NCBI RefSeq assembly: GCF_963921235.1 | Contig: NC_086109.1 | Span: 6,388,001 to 6,452,000, forward strand | Direction of reading: 5' to 3' | Length of the DNA stretch: 64,000 bases | DNA from: Mobula hypostoma | Lineage: Eukaryota | Part shown: piece after piece, positions 12,893-26,327 of the stretch | Layout of the letters: each line of letters opens with the position of its first letter | How positions within the stretch are numbered: position 1 is the first letter of the stretch | Notes under the pieces: model-generated | Told to the model about the DNA's origin: nothing | What the model saw: only the letters and a program-made list of their open reading frames with translations | The model's database searches: none | Program-made: the position numbers and the translations under genes

Positions 12893-15594
12893 ATCCTCCT
12901 TCTCCTTAAATTTCTTAGCCTTAGGACCCACACCAGCTGGTTTAGGAACAGTTGTTATTCTTCAACCATTAGGCTCTTAAAGCAGTGTGGATAACTTCAC
13001 TCATCATAACTCTGAACCGATTTCACAATCTATGGTCTCACTTTCAAGGATTCTACAATTCACGTTCTCAGTATTTGATTTTTATTTACTTATTCATAAT
13101 TATTATTTATTTTTGTACTTCAAAGTACATTTATTATCAAAGTATGTATATGTTATACAACCATGACATTCATCTCCTTACAGAGAACCACAAAACAAAG
13201 AAACCCAAAAGAACCCATAAAAAGTGACCGACAAACATCCAAAGTGCAGCAAGAAATAAATGTAAGCAAAGGCCATTTAGAATGAAAGTGAATCCTCAGA
13301 CACGAAGCCTGCAGCAGCCAGTGCAGGACACAGCCTCAGTGCAACACAGAATGGAATAAAAGTCTTTGTTTGTCTTCTTTGCACATTAGTTGCTTGTCAG
13401 TCTTTGTGTACAGTTTCTAATTGATTCTATTGTATTTCTTTGCCCTACTGTGAATGCCTGCAAGAAAATGAACCTTAGGCTTGTATATGGTGACTTTGAT
13501 AATAAATTTCATTTAAACTTTTTCTAATCTTATAAACCTGATTGCCTACTTGATACCTAATGACTGCACTACTGCTGGCAATAGATTCCATATTGATGGG
13601 ACCGATAAACAGGTCGTTTGCCCTTTTGTAAAATGTGATACCACAGATTCCACTGAATTTGTAATGTCATTTGCAAATGCTGTCAACTCACTGTGGTCAG
13701 ACGAGTCCTATAGTGCATGTTGTACATAAATGAGAGACAATATGGAATGCAGTGTTTAGTAATGCTCCCAAAGACATCCGATTTGCTAGATTAGTCCTCT
13801 CTCATTTTAAATGTTAGAGGCCAGAAGTAGTATATCAGAATGATATAGTAGAGTAAGTTATTAATGCTGCATGCTTGAGCAGTAGGATAAAGGCTCATGG
13901 CCAGAGTTTGGCTCCTAGACCAAATACTCAAATAGCTTTCATTCTTCTACATTTATCTGGTTCCTCCAGTATCACTGGAAAATAAATTAATTTTTCATTT
14001 TACATCTTGCTATTCAGATTAGGTCAAGAGAGCCAGCAAGGCATATAAAACAATTTGACATTAGCCACGGCCTCAAAGCTCTCTCATCCCATCACAAACA
14101 TAATATTATTAAAATTATTCACTAGGTATGGTACACTCACTCAAAGCCCAATGATCATAAATCCACTTTCCCCGGGGGTTTCCAATTCCTTCACAAAACG
14201 CAAGCATCTTTGGAAAATCCAATATTTATTGCCAATTTTCAATTCCTCTTGAATATAGAGTCCTTCCCTGAAGAATATTAATGAGCCAAAATGTTTATAT
14301 AATAATCCGATAACTTCACTTGCATTCCTCCAAGCAGACCACAACCTTGCCGTAGGGTTTTGAGGTCACCCATGACCAGGAATGGTCCACCGCCCCTCCA
14401 GGTTCAGCAATTCAGTTCAGGGCTAACAACCCCAACTGGCTAAACAAAACTGTTATGGAAACAGCAATTAAGAACCTTTCTACATCTGTGTGCGACAGTA
14501 TTCCGAGTCTCAACCTGGGACTTGCATGACTGACAGTAGTGAAAACTCAGCTACTGGCACAATGAAGGAAGTCCTGAACACTGCCAGAGATGAAGGACCT
14601 TCACTGCTGCCCTAAACACCAGCAGCGACAGGTAGGTCACCTACTTTATTGATAACAACTAGGTAAATATTTTAAACACACATTTAAATTGCTGAAAGCT
14701 ACAAGAATCTATGAACACCAACAATGAATGTTGGTTATTAATTATCCCTCAAATGACAGTTTTTTAAAACTAATTTTTCCTTAATACCGTATAGTGGTCA
14801 TCACTAATTGAACTTAGCCACCTCACAGTGTTTTTTTTTAAATACATTAAGGTGATTCTGGAAGTGATGATATATTGAGCATCTTCACAAGTTAATTGCA
14901 GTAGAAGTACTTATTAAGGGCCATACATTTTGCTAAATGTTGAGATACATTGCAAGTGTGTGCTACAGTTATAGTTTCAATGCTTATCCAGTGTTGAAAC
15001 ATTCACTTGTAAGGCTTAGAATTTCATTGGCCTGAGGGCTGGCCAACTTTATACCAGATACATAAACTCGTATCAGAAGAGAACCAAAGACAAAACAAAA
15101 TGTGTCTGATAAATATTATAACAGGAATATGTCCTGTAATTTCCAGGACAACAAAGAAAACAATACCCTTGCCAGTTTGCCTGGGTCAAATTAACTAAGA
15201 GTGGTGCAAGAAGAAAAATGTTGGCAGCATTCAACGTCAACCTGCTTATCTTCAATTTCTAGACAATTGTTGACTTTGTCCATTTAATCCTTTGTACCCA
15301 CTGTTAGTACTTCCTGTCTCAGGGACCAGGACCAGTTTATTAGTAGTCTTGAAAATAAATGTTATTCATTCTGGGGCTTGTCTTCCTTCAAATTTAAGTA
15401 ACTGAAAAACAATTTGAACAATCTAAGTCTCACATTAGTGCCTTTTGAGCAAATTTACATGCAGCACAGTTGCAGGAAAGCAACATTGATCTTCAAGGGC
15501 CCCCAATATCCAGGTCATGCTCTTTTCTCACTGCTGCCATCAAGAAGGTGGTACAGGAGCCTCAGGACCCACACTATCAGGTTTAGAAACTGCA

Positions 15595-16820
15595 GTTAAC
15601 AAGCAGGATAGACAAAGGGGAAACCGCTTGATGTTGTGTACGTGGATTTTCAGAAGGTTTTAACAAGGTGCCATACATGTTAAGAGCCCACGGTATTACA
15701 GGAAAGTTACTATCATGGATAAAGTAGCGGATAATTGACAGGAGGCTAACAATGGGAACAAAGGGAGCCTCTTCTGGTTGGCTGCCTGTGACTAGTGTTG
15801 TCCAATAGTGGTCTGTGTTGGGACCGCTTCTTTTTACATTATATGTCAATGGTTTGGATGACAGAAGTGATGGCTTTGTTGCAAAGTTTGAAGATAATAT
15901 GAAGATAGGTGGAGGGACAGGTAGTTTTTAAGGAAGTAGAAAGGCTACCAATGGAATTACACAGATTAGGAGAATAGGAAAAGAAGTGGCAGTTGGAATA
16001 CAGTGTCAGGAAGTGTATGGTCACACATTTTAGTAGAAGAAATAAAAGGGTAGACTATTTTCTAAATCGAGAGAAAAAACAAGAATCGGAGGCACAAAAG
16101 GACTTGGGAGTCCTTGTGCAGGATTCCCTAAAGGTTAACTTGCAGGTTGAGTCTCTGGTAAGGAAGGCAAATGCGATGTTAGCACTCATTCCAAGACAGC
16201 AAGAATATAAAAGCAGGGATGTAATGACGTTGCTTTATAAAGCACTGGTGAGGCCTCACTTGGAGTATTGTGAGCAATTTTGGGCCCCTTATCTTAGAAA
16301 GGATGTGCAAACACTGGAGAGGGTTCAAAGGAGGTTCATAAAAATGATTCCAGGATTGAACGGCTTGTTATATAAAGAGTGTTTGATGGCTCTGGGCTGG
16401 TATTCACTAGAATTCATAATAATGAGGGGTGACCTAATTGATACCTATCGAATAGTGAAAGGCCTTGATAGAGTGAATGTGGAGAGGATGTTTCCAATGG
16501 TGGGAGAATCCAGGATCAGAGGACACAGCCTCAGAATAGAGGGGCATCCTTTTAGACCAGAGATGAGGAGGAACTTCTTTAGCCAGAAAGTGGTGAATCT
16601 GTGGAATTCGTTGCCACAGGCAGCTGTGGAGGAAGTCTTTACAAATATTTAAGGCAAAGGTTGATGGATTCTTGATTGGTCAAGGCATGAAGGGATACGG
16701 GGGGAAGGCAGGAGATTGTGGCTGAGAGGAATAATGGATCAACCATGATAAATTGAAGGAACAGACTTGATGGGTCAAATAGCCTAATTCTGCTCCTATA
16801 TCTTATGGTTTTGTGGTCTT
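15595..16820 (+). mobile_element. CR1-clade LINE 3' fragment
   Basis: LYKALVRPHLEYCEQFWAP..RGHSLR..NFFSQKVVNLWNSLP; (TCTTATGG)-like tail. Confidence 0.92.
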
Positions 16821-17714
16821 ATTACCCCTCAACCATCAGGTTCTTGAACCAGAGGGATAACTTCACTCAATTCCACTTGCCCCATCACTGAACTGTTCCC
16901 ACAACCTATGAACTCATTTTCAAGGACTCATCTCATATTCTTGATATTTATTGCTTACTTATTTATTATTATTTGTTTTGCCCTCTTTTTGTATTTGCAC
17001 ATGATTTTTATTGCTTTATTTCTTCATTTTTTATTTGCAGTTTGTTATCTTTTGCATATTGATTGTTTGTCCATCTTGTGTGCGGTCTTTCGTTGATTTA
17101 ATTGTGTTTCTTTGTATTTACTGTGAATGCCTGCAAGTAAATGAATCTCAAGGTAGTACAAGGAACACATTTATGTATTTTAATAACAAATTTACTTATA
17201 ACTTTTAAAATGCCAGTGTTTGTCATTCATCCTTAATTACCCTTGAACTGAGGAGCAGTTTAAAAAAAAATAAACCGAGCTCATTAGTGGATCTACAGTC
17301 ATATACAAACCATATCAAGTACAGACAGCAGAGTTCCTTCCTTCAATCGTTTTGCTACGTTAGTGAAACCAGTGCTACATTGGGACCACTATGCGGTGAC
17401 ACTTGCAAGCTGCCACCAGGCATCTTCGGATGCGTTGTTGTTAACACAAATGACACATTTCCTTATATGCTTCGATGTACATGTGATAAATAAATAAATC
17501 TAATCTTATGGGTTTTTAAAACTACCTTCTGGTTACCAAGATCAACCTCTAATTCCTAGCTGCCCTAATGGTCCAGATCACTCACTCCAGGTCCAGTAAA
17601 CTATGCACTTCTACTACTGTACCAGACTTAGAGTATTCACATTTTACCATTTATTCAGCATTTCTTTATAAATGCTTTTCAAACAGACCATTGATTCAGA
17701 GATAACCAGTCCAT

Positions 17715-18003
17715 ATGGTATCGCAGCAGTTAGCACAACGCTATTACAGCTCAGGGGGCTCTGGAGTTCAGAGTTCGATTCCAGTACCCTCTGTAAGGAG
17801 TCTCTGTACGTCCTCCCCGTGGAACGTGCCAGTTTCCTCCAGGTCCTCAGATTTCCTCCTCCAGTCTGAAGTCAAACCAGATAGGATAATTGGTCATTGT
17901 AAGTTGTCCCGTGGTTAGGATAGGTTTAATCGGGTTTGTCAGATGTTGCTAAAGCGGAGTACTGAAAGGGCCCACTCCGCACTGTATCACTAAACAAATA
18001 AAT
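17715..18003 (+). mobile_element. tRNA-headed V-SINE (HE1-like); further copies at ~11690-11850, 19610-19850, 25790-26045, 39890-40035, 40990-41190, 62130-62330 (minus) and 44030-44210 (plus)
   Basis: A/B-box-like head (GAGTTCGATTCC) followed by V-domain-like ggagt..gtacgtcctccccgtg...gtttcctcc..gg..ctc.g.tttcctcc. Confidence 0.75.
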
Positions 18004-18009
18004 GAAAAC

Positions 18010-18272
18010 TAAACAAAAGATTCTGCAGATGCTGGAAATCTTGAGCAACACACACACAAAATGCTGGAGAAACTCAGCTGGTCAGACAGTATCTACAGAG
18101 GGGAATAAACAGTCACGGTTTCAGGCAGAGACTTCTGGGTTCTCCTCCACTTTCTCTTCTTCCCCCTTCCTTTCCAATCCTAATGAAGGGTCTCGGCCCA
18201 AAGCGTCAACTGTTTATTCCTCTCCATAGATGCTGCCTGACCTGCTGAGTTCCTCCAACATTTTGTGTATGT
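18010..18272. mobile_element. Fold-back pair of PLE pLTR ends
   Basis: ~18050-18112 and ~18208-18272 are reverse complements; similar pairs at ~22225-22410, ~22915-23075, ~40100-40275. Confidence 0.75.
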
Positions 18273-20304
18273 GATCCAAAACTGTTTTATAAAAGTTAAC
18301 AAATGTTTCTGATAGCTATTAATGAGCACTCTTATCAGATAATAGCTGAAGTGGTCATAATGGAAGCTTTAGCATTCAAGTGAGATAATATTTTGATAAA
18401 TGGTACTAACTGACCATTTAACATCAGTACTGATTGGAATGATCATATAAATGCGCAAAGCCAGTTGATTACTAATAACCAGAAAGGATTAGGATATCAT
18501 AATGTTGCAATAAAGCGGTACTACATTTTTTAATGCTACATTGATGAAATCATCAGTTCCAGTTTCAGTGGCAGATAACCAATAAAAGAATAGATCAAAC
18601 CTACTTTCTCATTGATGTGAAATTGTCAGTTTAGTTGTTTTTTTTGAAAAAAGCACAAGCACTGAACTCTGACAACCTGCCTTTAAGATAACATTAATGA
18701 CTATATTCATTTTTCATTAAACCAAATGTAGTTGCATGAATTAAACCAAAGAGTGTATTCTAATCAGGATTATGAACAATAATATTTCAAAAAAAAAAGC
18801 ACCCCTAACCTCAGCAACTGTAACAGTAACAATTATCTCATTCAACCACGGGGAGCTTTAAACTTTCACAAGTTTCACTAACATAACTGGAATCCAATAT
18901 CACAGTAGATTTCTCACAAAGAATATTTACTAACTGGCTGTTAAATACTCCATGAGAATTAAACATTTTATATATTAGTAAAGTACCTTTCCCATCAGCA
19001 TATCTGCATTCTACAAACTAAAATATGCAGAACTCTTGCCAAACTCGAACATGCAATAGGACACATCCAGCAGACAGCTTGAGTATTACTCCAGATGTGG
19101 AGACCTGAAAACTCTGCAAATTATACAGGTACTTGTGCAAAGTTGGTTGTCCATATGCTCCTCAAAAACTAAAACTCTGTAACTTCCCAAATAGATTTCA
19201 ACTTGGGAAATGACAATACCTTCTTTTCTCAATTCAATTTACTTTTGAAAAGTGTATGTCCAAGCAAGAGCGTGTACACCACAATTAAATTCTACGCCAA
19301 TGCTCATAGAGTCACTGAGTAGTACAACACAGAAACTGGTCCATGCTGACCACAGCATCGTCCCTGCTTGGCCCATATCTCTCCAAGCCCCACCCTACAT
19401 GTAACTATCCAAATGCCTCTTAAATATTGCAATTCTACCAGCCTCAATCACATTCTCTGGTGGTTCATTCCAGATACTTACTACCCTCTGTTTGATGAAA
19501 TTACTTCTTTGGTCTCTGAAATCTTTCCCATCTTATTTTCTATCTGTGTCCTCTAGTTTTGGACTCCCCAACCCTTATTAATACCCCTCCTGATTTTTAT
19601 TTGGAAATATGGCACAGAATAGCCCTTCGAGCCGCAATGCCAGCAACCCTAGCCCAATCACTATTTACAATGACCAATTAACCTGCCAACCTGCCAACTG
19701 GCACACCTTTGGAATGTGGGATGAAACCGGAGCACCTGGAGGAAGCCCATGTGTTCCACAGGGAGGATGTACAAATTCCTTACAGGGGACACTGGGATTG
19801 AACTCTGACTCCCCAAAATGTAATAGTATCACACTAACCAGTATGCTGTCATGGCTGTATAAAAACATACCTCCTGCTCTTCAGGGAATAAAGAGCCAAC
19901 CTTTCCCTACAACTTAGGCCACCTCATTCTGGAAATGCCCTCCTCAATTGCTTCCCAGCTCGTCAATGTCTTTCTTCTAACAGGGTGACCAAAACTGTAC
20001 CCAAATCTCCTAAACTGGACAACCTTGTTTTGACTCCATGTCTTGGTCAGACTGCCATCTTCCAGTTGGTGCAAAAAACAGAACTCTGCTGTGCCCACCT
20101 TGCACCAAGAGCTCTCACCAGCTACCAACGGCACCCAGTCCGGGTGCATTTGGCTTTAAAGTTAACATCCTCATGTTCAAATGCCGTTTGCTCTCATTCC
20201 TCATGATTGTCGCAACCTTTTCCAACCCTACAAATCCTGTTGGGTGGTAGCATTTCTTTATCAAAGTTGCCACTAACAACCGCGCCTTTCATCTATCCAT
20301 GCTT

Positions 20305-20850
20305 CAGTCAAAGTTCAAAGTAAATTTATTAGCAAAGTGTGTATATGTCACCGTATGCTAGCTTGGGATTCATTTTCTTGTAGGCATTTACAGGAAAATA
20401 AAGAAATACTAAAGAATTAATGTTAAACTATACATAATCAAAGACTGACAAACATCCAATGTGTAAAAGATGACAAATTGTGTAAATAAAAAAAAAACAA
20501 ATAATACTGAGAACACGAGTTATAGGGTCTTTGAAGACAAGTGCATAGGTTGTGGAATCAGTTCAGTGTTGAGGCAAGTGAAATTATCCACACTGTTTCA
20601 GGAGCCTATTGGTTGTAGAGTAACAACTGTTCCTGAATCTGGTGGTGTGGGAGCTAAGGTTCCTATACAGTACCTCTGGCATTATGGTAGGATCGAGAAG
20701 ACAGCATGGCTTGAATAGTGGGGCTCCTTGATGACGGGTGATGCTTTCTTGTGGAAACTCCTCTCATTAATGTGCTCAATGGTGAGGAGGACTTTGCCTG
20801 TGATGGACTGGGCAGTATCCACCACCTTCCATAGACTCTTCCATTCCTAG
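20305..20850 (-). mobile_element. Degenerate Rex1/Babar-like 3' tail (one of many: also ~1213-1566, 8520-8830, 9705-10065, 16820-17205, 29228-29800, 30615-31000)
   Basis: Shared (TTTGAAC)n tail and HPGHALFSLLP.G-type remnants. Confidence 0.65.
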
Positions 20851-23525
20851 GTTCGAATTCCTTTTCCAGACTTCGTCATCTCTCTTACCCCCTTAATGAT
20901 TCTCATTAAAACTTAAGAGCTTTGGTCTAGTGATTCTTTATAAAGCCAATTTTGCTCGACAGCAACCCTCTGAACTGCCATGGGATTTTTACTACATTAA
21001 AGGCACTAAATAAATTGCTGTAAGCTTCAGTAATGTTATAGGGTTACCAATCTCAGAAGGCATTCTTTGGAACAGCTGACAATCTAACTGTTACAACATA
21101 CGTTGACAGATGTTGGCATACTAGAGCTTTATAATTATTGGTAATCACGTCGAGATCAGCGCTGCACAGTTTGGCTGTACATATATACAGTACATCCATA
21201 TGCCTAGATGTATACAAACACACACACACCGCTCTATTTCACGGGCAATTCTATGAATAAAACAACCTCGGGCAGCAGCAGCTCCGAAAGCCAAACGACA
21301 ATTAACAGTGTAATCAGCATTTTCCCTGCCTTCAACTATATACAGAGTAAGTCTAAATAACATGGTACATTATCACACACATTTTGTCACTTGTTTCCCC
21401 AATTTTACCTTAAAGTGCACAATGTTCTGCCGCAGAACATTCAACAGCACAATAAGCAGCATTATTTGTGCATTTTCCAAGACCCGGGCATGCCTGGGAA
21501 GGTGAACATTTATTGCTGATTCCTAGTTATCCCTAAACTGAGTGGCCATTTCAGAGTTCAACACGCCAGTGAATCCAGAATCTCAAACTGCCCCGGCCAG
21601 ATGAGGATGAAAGATTTCACCTCCTGAAAGGCGTCCGTGAACTGGGTGAGCAATCACAGTCACCCAGTAGTTTTACCATCACCTTCGTCCAATGTTTCAT
21701 TTGAGCTACAGGTTATTAACTGAATTTACTGGTATTGGAGATAAGCTTCCCTGACCAGCAAAGGCCTCAGATACTTGCTGGCCAAGAGAGCTTTTTTAAA
21801 ATATATATAAATACAATAGGGGGTTTGTGAGGCATGCTCCTGTGATGTTTAGACAAGTTATTGGATCAATAGCACTTTAATGAATCAGCACTGTGGGACA
21901 GCATTAAGTGAGGTGGCAGTGCTAATGGCCTTTCTCAGGAGTGGTTGGCTCGAAAAGTAAACAGTGAATAATTCTGTTCTTCCTATGTCTTATGTCTAAT
22001 ACACACACATATTTCAAAACCTAAAACCATTTGCTGTCAAAATAACCCCTTTAAAATAAACAGGTCTTTAATGTTACAGATACAGTATTGGAAATCTGAA
22101 GTTACAGCTGAGGGGCAAGATTCTCAGCTCTGTAAATAGAACAAGCTGCCAGAGAGGGTGGTTGAGGTAGATAACAATTGCAACATTTAAAAGAGCTCGG
22201 AGGGGTACATGGATAGGATACAAGAGATCCTGCAGATGCTGGACATCCACAGTAGCACACACAAAATGCTGGAGGAACTCAACAGGTTAGGCAGCATCAA
22301 TGGGGGCAAACAAACAGTGGATGTTTCAAAGCAGTGAAGGGTCTCCCCGGGAATATTGACTGTTTCTTCTTATCGGATGCTGCCTGACCTGCTGAGTTCC
22401 TCCAGAACAAATAAGAAAGGTTTAGAGCAGATGTTCCCACCCTGGGGTCCTCGGATCCCTCGGTTAATGGTAGGGGTCTATGGCATTAAAAAAAGTTGGG
22501 AACCCCTGACGGGCAAACTGGATTAGCATAAATGGGCAGCTTGGCCAGCAGGAACGAGTAGGGCCGAAGGGTCTGCTGCCGTGCTGTGTAACTCTATGAA
22601 AACAGAACATGTCGGACATGGTCAGAGGGTCACGATACACAAGTGGAGACTAACAACGCTTTCTTTCAGAACAGCCACCTTTCATCACTATAACTCGTCT
22701 TCTCCGTCGCCGCCAGACCAGCTGTAGGACGCACATCGTCTGTTCTTTCTCAGGCAATTACTCAACATCAAGGATCATAACGTTGGAACGTTATAACGTT
22801 GGAAAATAACACGTAGCAATTTAAAACGGTAAATGTTTACAGAAAAGCACGGGCACAGATTGTGACGTGAGAAGGTACTGTCGTTAGTCCAGAACTGCAC
22901 ACCCCAAACACAGTATCACACAAAAAAAATCACAAACTGCTGAAGGAACGCAACTGGTCCAGCAACATTCGTGGAGGGAAGAGGCGCGGAGCAATTACTG
23001 ACGTTTCTGATCGAGTCGTAATTCCTCTCCCCCCCACAAATGCTGCTCGACCGCAGAGTTCCTGCAGACTCTAGCATTAGCGATCTCCCACCTCCCCAAA
23101 GATTTCACTCAACTGTTGATGCGCAGGGAGCTCGGGCCAACCGTCATAAACAAAACGCAACTAGAGCGCCGAGTAGGATGCACTGACCCTCGGGGCTGAA
23201 TACTTGGCCATCATCAATTGTGCACGGTCAGTTATCACTGTGTGCTGCTGTGGTGCACCTGAGTAGTTGCAATCCCCACTCGGGCAAACTACGAAAGCAA
23301 AAGAATTCACGCTTGGTACACTCCGGTACCCAATGGATCCCCCCCCCCCTCGGGTTCACTGCGATCCCCAATGGATCCTTGCTCGAGTGCACTACACCCT
23401 GACAGGGTCAGAAGCGCAGAACCACTTGCGGTAGGGTCGGCCACGGTCATTTACACCCAAATTGCCCAGCCTCCCCGGTAGTCCGGGCACCTGTCCTGTC
23501 CCGGCGCGCTGTGACACGGACTCAC

Positions 23526-23943
23526 TGTGGCAGCGGACGCTCGTCCCGTCCGGTCTGATGGTTTGGCCGCACAGGTCGCACCAGGTGTGCAAGGTACACG
23601 GCCCGAAGCGGTGTCCCTCGCCCTTCTCCTCCGGCACCCGCGGGTCCTCGGCCTGCTGGAAGATGGTGCGGACATCCCGCGGCCGCTGGGCGCCGACCTT
23701 CAGCCGGACCCGCCAAGCCTGCGCCCCCGCTGCTCCGGCTCCCCCTGCCCGGGCCGGCGGCGACCTGGGGCCGCAGCTGCCCGGCTTCAGGGCAACGCAG
23801 CGGAGGATCAGCTGCTCGGCCGACAACGCCACCGATGCCCCGGGCCTGGACCGCAGGCACCCTGGTCCCTGGTGCCCGGTGAGGGGGTGGCTGAGGTGGG
23901 CGCTGAGCAGAGGCGGCGGCTGCGAGGCAGAGACCGTCGGCAT
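23526..23943 (-). CDS. RASSF5: RASSF5 (NORE1A-type long isoform) coding exon 1, including the first part of the C1 zinc finger
   Basis: Translation contains RPRDVRTIFQQAEDPRVPEEKGEGHRF...WCDLCG...VRCH, matching my recollection of RASSF5A (RPRDVRSIFEQPQDPRVPAERGEGH..WCDLCG). It ends at a canonical phase-1 donor CAC A|GTGAGT (intron starts at 23525). ATG at 23943 has A at -3; an alternative in-frame ATG lies at 23982. Exon 2 was not found in 1..23525. Confidence 0.9.
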
Positions 23944-23984
23944 TGTTGTTATTGTGGGAATGGTCACCGGGCCCCGGATCATCC

Positions 23985-24200
23985 AACAACCGGACCCGCT
24001 GGCAGCGATTGCTGGCCACGCGCCGCGGCTGCGGTCCTTTAAACACCCTCGCCGCGCGTGCCGCGTCCCCCGCCCCGCCCGCCCCGATTTAGCCAATCAG
24101 CAGTCCGCGAAGCCGCCTTCCCCGCCCCACAGCCCCGGTGCCACCAATCGCGTGTGGCTCTGATCCCGCCTCCTCCCCGCCCACAACCCCGCGTCACTGT
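23985..24200 (-). promoter_or_regulatory. RASSF5 CpG-island promoter (GC boxes, CCAAT boxes, TTTAAA)
   Basis: CpG-rich; CCCCGCCCCGCCCGCCCC at ~24067-24086, CCAAT at ~24093 and ~24144, TTTAAA at ~24038-24043, directly upstream of the exon. Confidence 0.7.
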
Positions 24201-24454
24201 CCAGAGCTTTCGTCCCCTCGGTCAGAGGGGCTTCTTCACTTTCCTCACTCCCTTCTTCTTTGAGAAATCACTCACCCTCCTCACTGCCTCTATACTCCAC
24301 TCACTCCTACTGTCTTCCCTCTCATCACTCTACTCGCCTTCACTCTGCCCCATTGCCACAGACAGACCCTCGGTCTAATCACTCATACGCTATTCACTCC
24401 GACAGACACACTCTTCTGACCCCCTTCATTCTTACAAACAGGCCCTCACCCTCC

Positions 24455-25082
24455 ATTCCCACAAAACTCGGCCTCCCTTCCCATAAAACTCACTGTCATC
24501 CTCCTCACTCCCCCCATTCCCGCAAAACTCACTGTCACCCTCCTCACTCCCTCCACTCCCTCAAAACTCACTCTCTCCGTTCTCACAAAACTTACCCCAC
24601 TCCATTCCCACAAAACTCACTGTCACCCTCCTCACTCCCTCCACTCCCTCAAAACTCACTCTCTCCGTTCCCACAAAACTTACCCCACTCCATTCCCACA
24701 AAACTCACTGTCATCCTCCTCACTCCCCCATTCCCACAAAACTCACTGTCACCCTCCTCACTCCCTCCACTCCCTCAAAACTCACTCTCTCCGTTCCCAC
24801 AAAACTCACCCCACTCCATTCCCACAAAACTCACTGTCATCCTCCTCACTCCCCCATTCCCACAAAACTCACTGTCACCCTCCTCACTCCCTCCACTCCC
24901 TCAAAACTCACTCTCTCCGTTCCCACAAAACTCACCCCACTCCATTCCCACAAAACTCACTGTCACCCTCCTCACTTCCTCAAAACTCACTCTCTCTGTT
25001 CCCACAAAACTCACCCACACCCACTCCATTCCCGCAAAACTCACTCTCACCCTCCTCACTCCATCCATTCCGACAAAACTCT
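24455..25082. repeat. C-rich minisatellite with 126-bp higher-order unit
   Basis: Subunits of 38, 39, 24 and 25 bp sharing core cc(c)acaaaactcac; the 24260 ORF shows a matching 42-aa periodicity. Confidence 0.92.
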
Positions 25083-26327
25083 TTTTTTCCCTTTCTGTTC
25101 TCACCCCCTGTCTGTCTCCACAAATCACCATCAGCCTCTGTCACAGCAATCCCCTGGCTCCGTCTGTCCATCACCCACTTCCTCTGCTCACACCTGGTTC
25201 CGCCAATCATCTTTTACGCCTTTATACAGGCTAACTTCACTCTACACTTGTTGGTGCAAGGGCTTTTCCCAAAAATTTCGATCATCCCTTTGCCTGTCCA
25301 AACACTGCTCGACCCGCTGAGTTCTTCCAGCAGATTATTTGTATTTCTTGCTCCGCATCCCTGCACCTACAGATTGCTGTGGTTGCCGTGCACAAACTGT
25401 GTAAGGCGTTGTTAAGAAGCGTCACTTTGATTTCTATTTACAGGTACACTCCCTTTCAACCATCTTCCTCTCTCACACTGGGAAACCCCCATCTTGCTGG
25501 TCATTCTTTTCTTGAAAATACTCCACATTTATAGGGAACTACTTTCAATTTGAAACATGTGATGTATTTCCCCATTCACTCGATAAAACTCCACAATGTG
25601 TTCTCTAGTGCCCGTTTCTTGCGGCCAACAGAGAGTGGGAGAACAGTCAAAGGCAAGTCAGAATCAGAATTAGGTTTAGCATCAGGTTTAATAAGTCGTG
25701 AAATTTGTTTGATTTATTTATTTATTGGGATTCCACACGAATAGCCAATTTCCCTCGGGATCAATAAAGTATGACTATGACTATGACAAATAGGCCTTTC
25801 TGGCCCTTTGAGCCACACTGCCCAGCAATTCCGATTTAACCCTAGCTTAATCACGGGACAATTTACAATGATCAATTAACCAACCTACAGATATGTCTTT
25901 GGACTGTGGGAGGAAACCAGAGCACCCATAGGAAATCCATGCAGTCACGGGGAGAAGGTACAAACTCCTTATAGGCAGTGTTGGGAATTGAACCCATGTC
26001 ACCTGTCAGGAAAGCATTGTGCTAACCACTAAGCAACCGTGCCACTGTTTTGCAGCAGCAGAACAGTGCAATACATATAAATACTATAAATTACAATAAG
26101 AAATATATATAAAAATTTAATGAAATATGTAGTGCAGGAAGAGCAAATATAGTGAGGTAGTTCATTGCCTGTTCAGAAATCTGATGGTGGAGGGGAAGAA
26201 GCTCCTTCTAAAACATTGAGTGTCTGTCTTCAGGCTCCTGTACCTCCTCTCGGACAATAGTAATAAGAAGAGGGCAAGCCCTGGGTGATGGAGGTCCTTA
26301 ATGATGGAAGTTTATTGTCAGGTAAAC

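Noticed and set aside
23462..24163. Overlapping plus-strand and alternative-frame ORFs over RASSF5 exon 1
   Set aside because: Shadow ORFs expected from high GC; only one minus frame has recognisable motifs and a splice donor
24455..25082. CRISPR-like repeat/spacer array
   Set aside because: Sequences between the cores are themselves repeated and related, not unique spacers; eukaryotic context, no cas genes
24260..25234. 324-aa Pro/Ser/Leu-rich ORF
   Set aside because: Product of a stop-poor C-rich minisatellite; no splice or homology support
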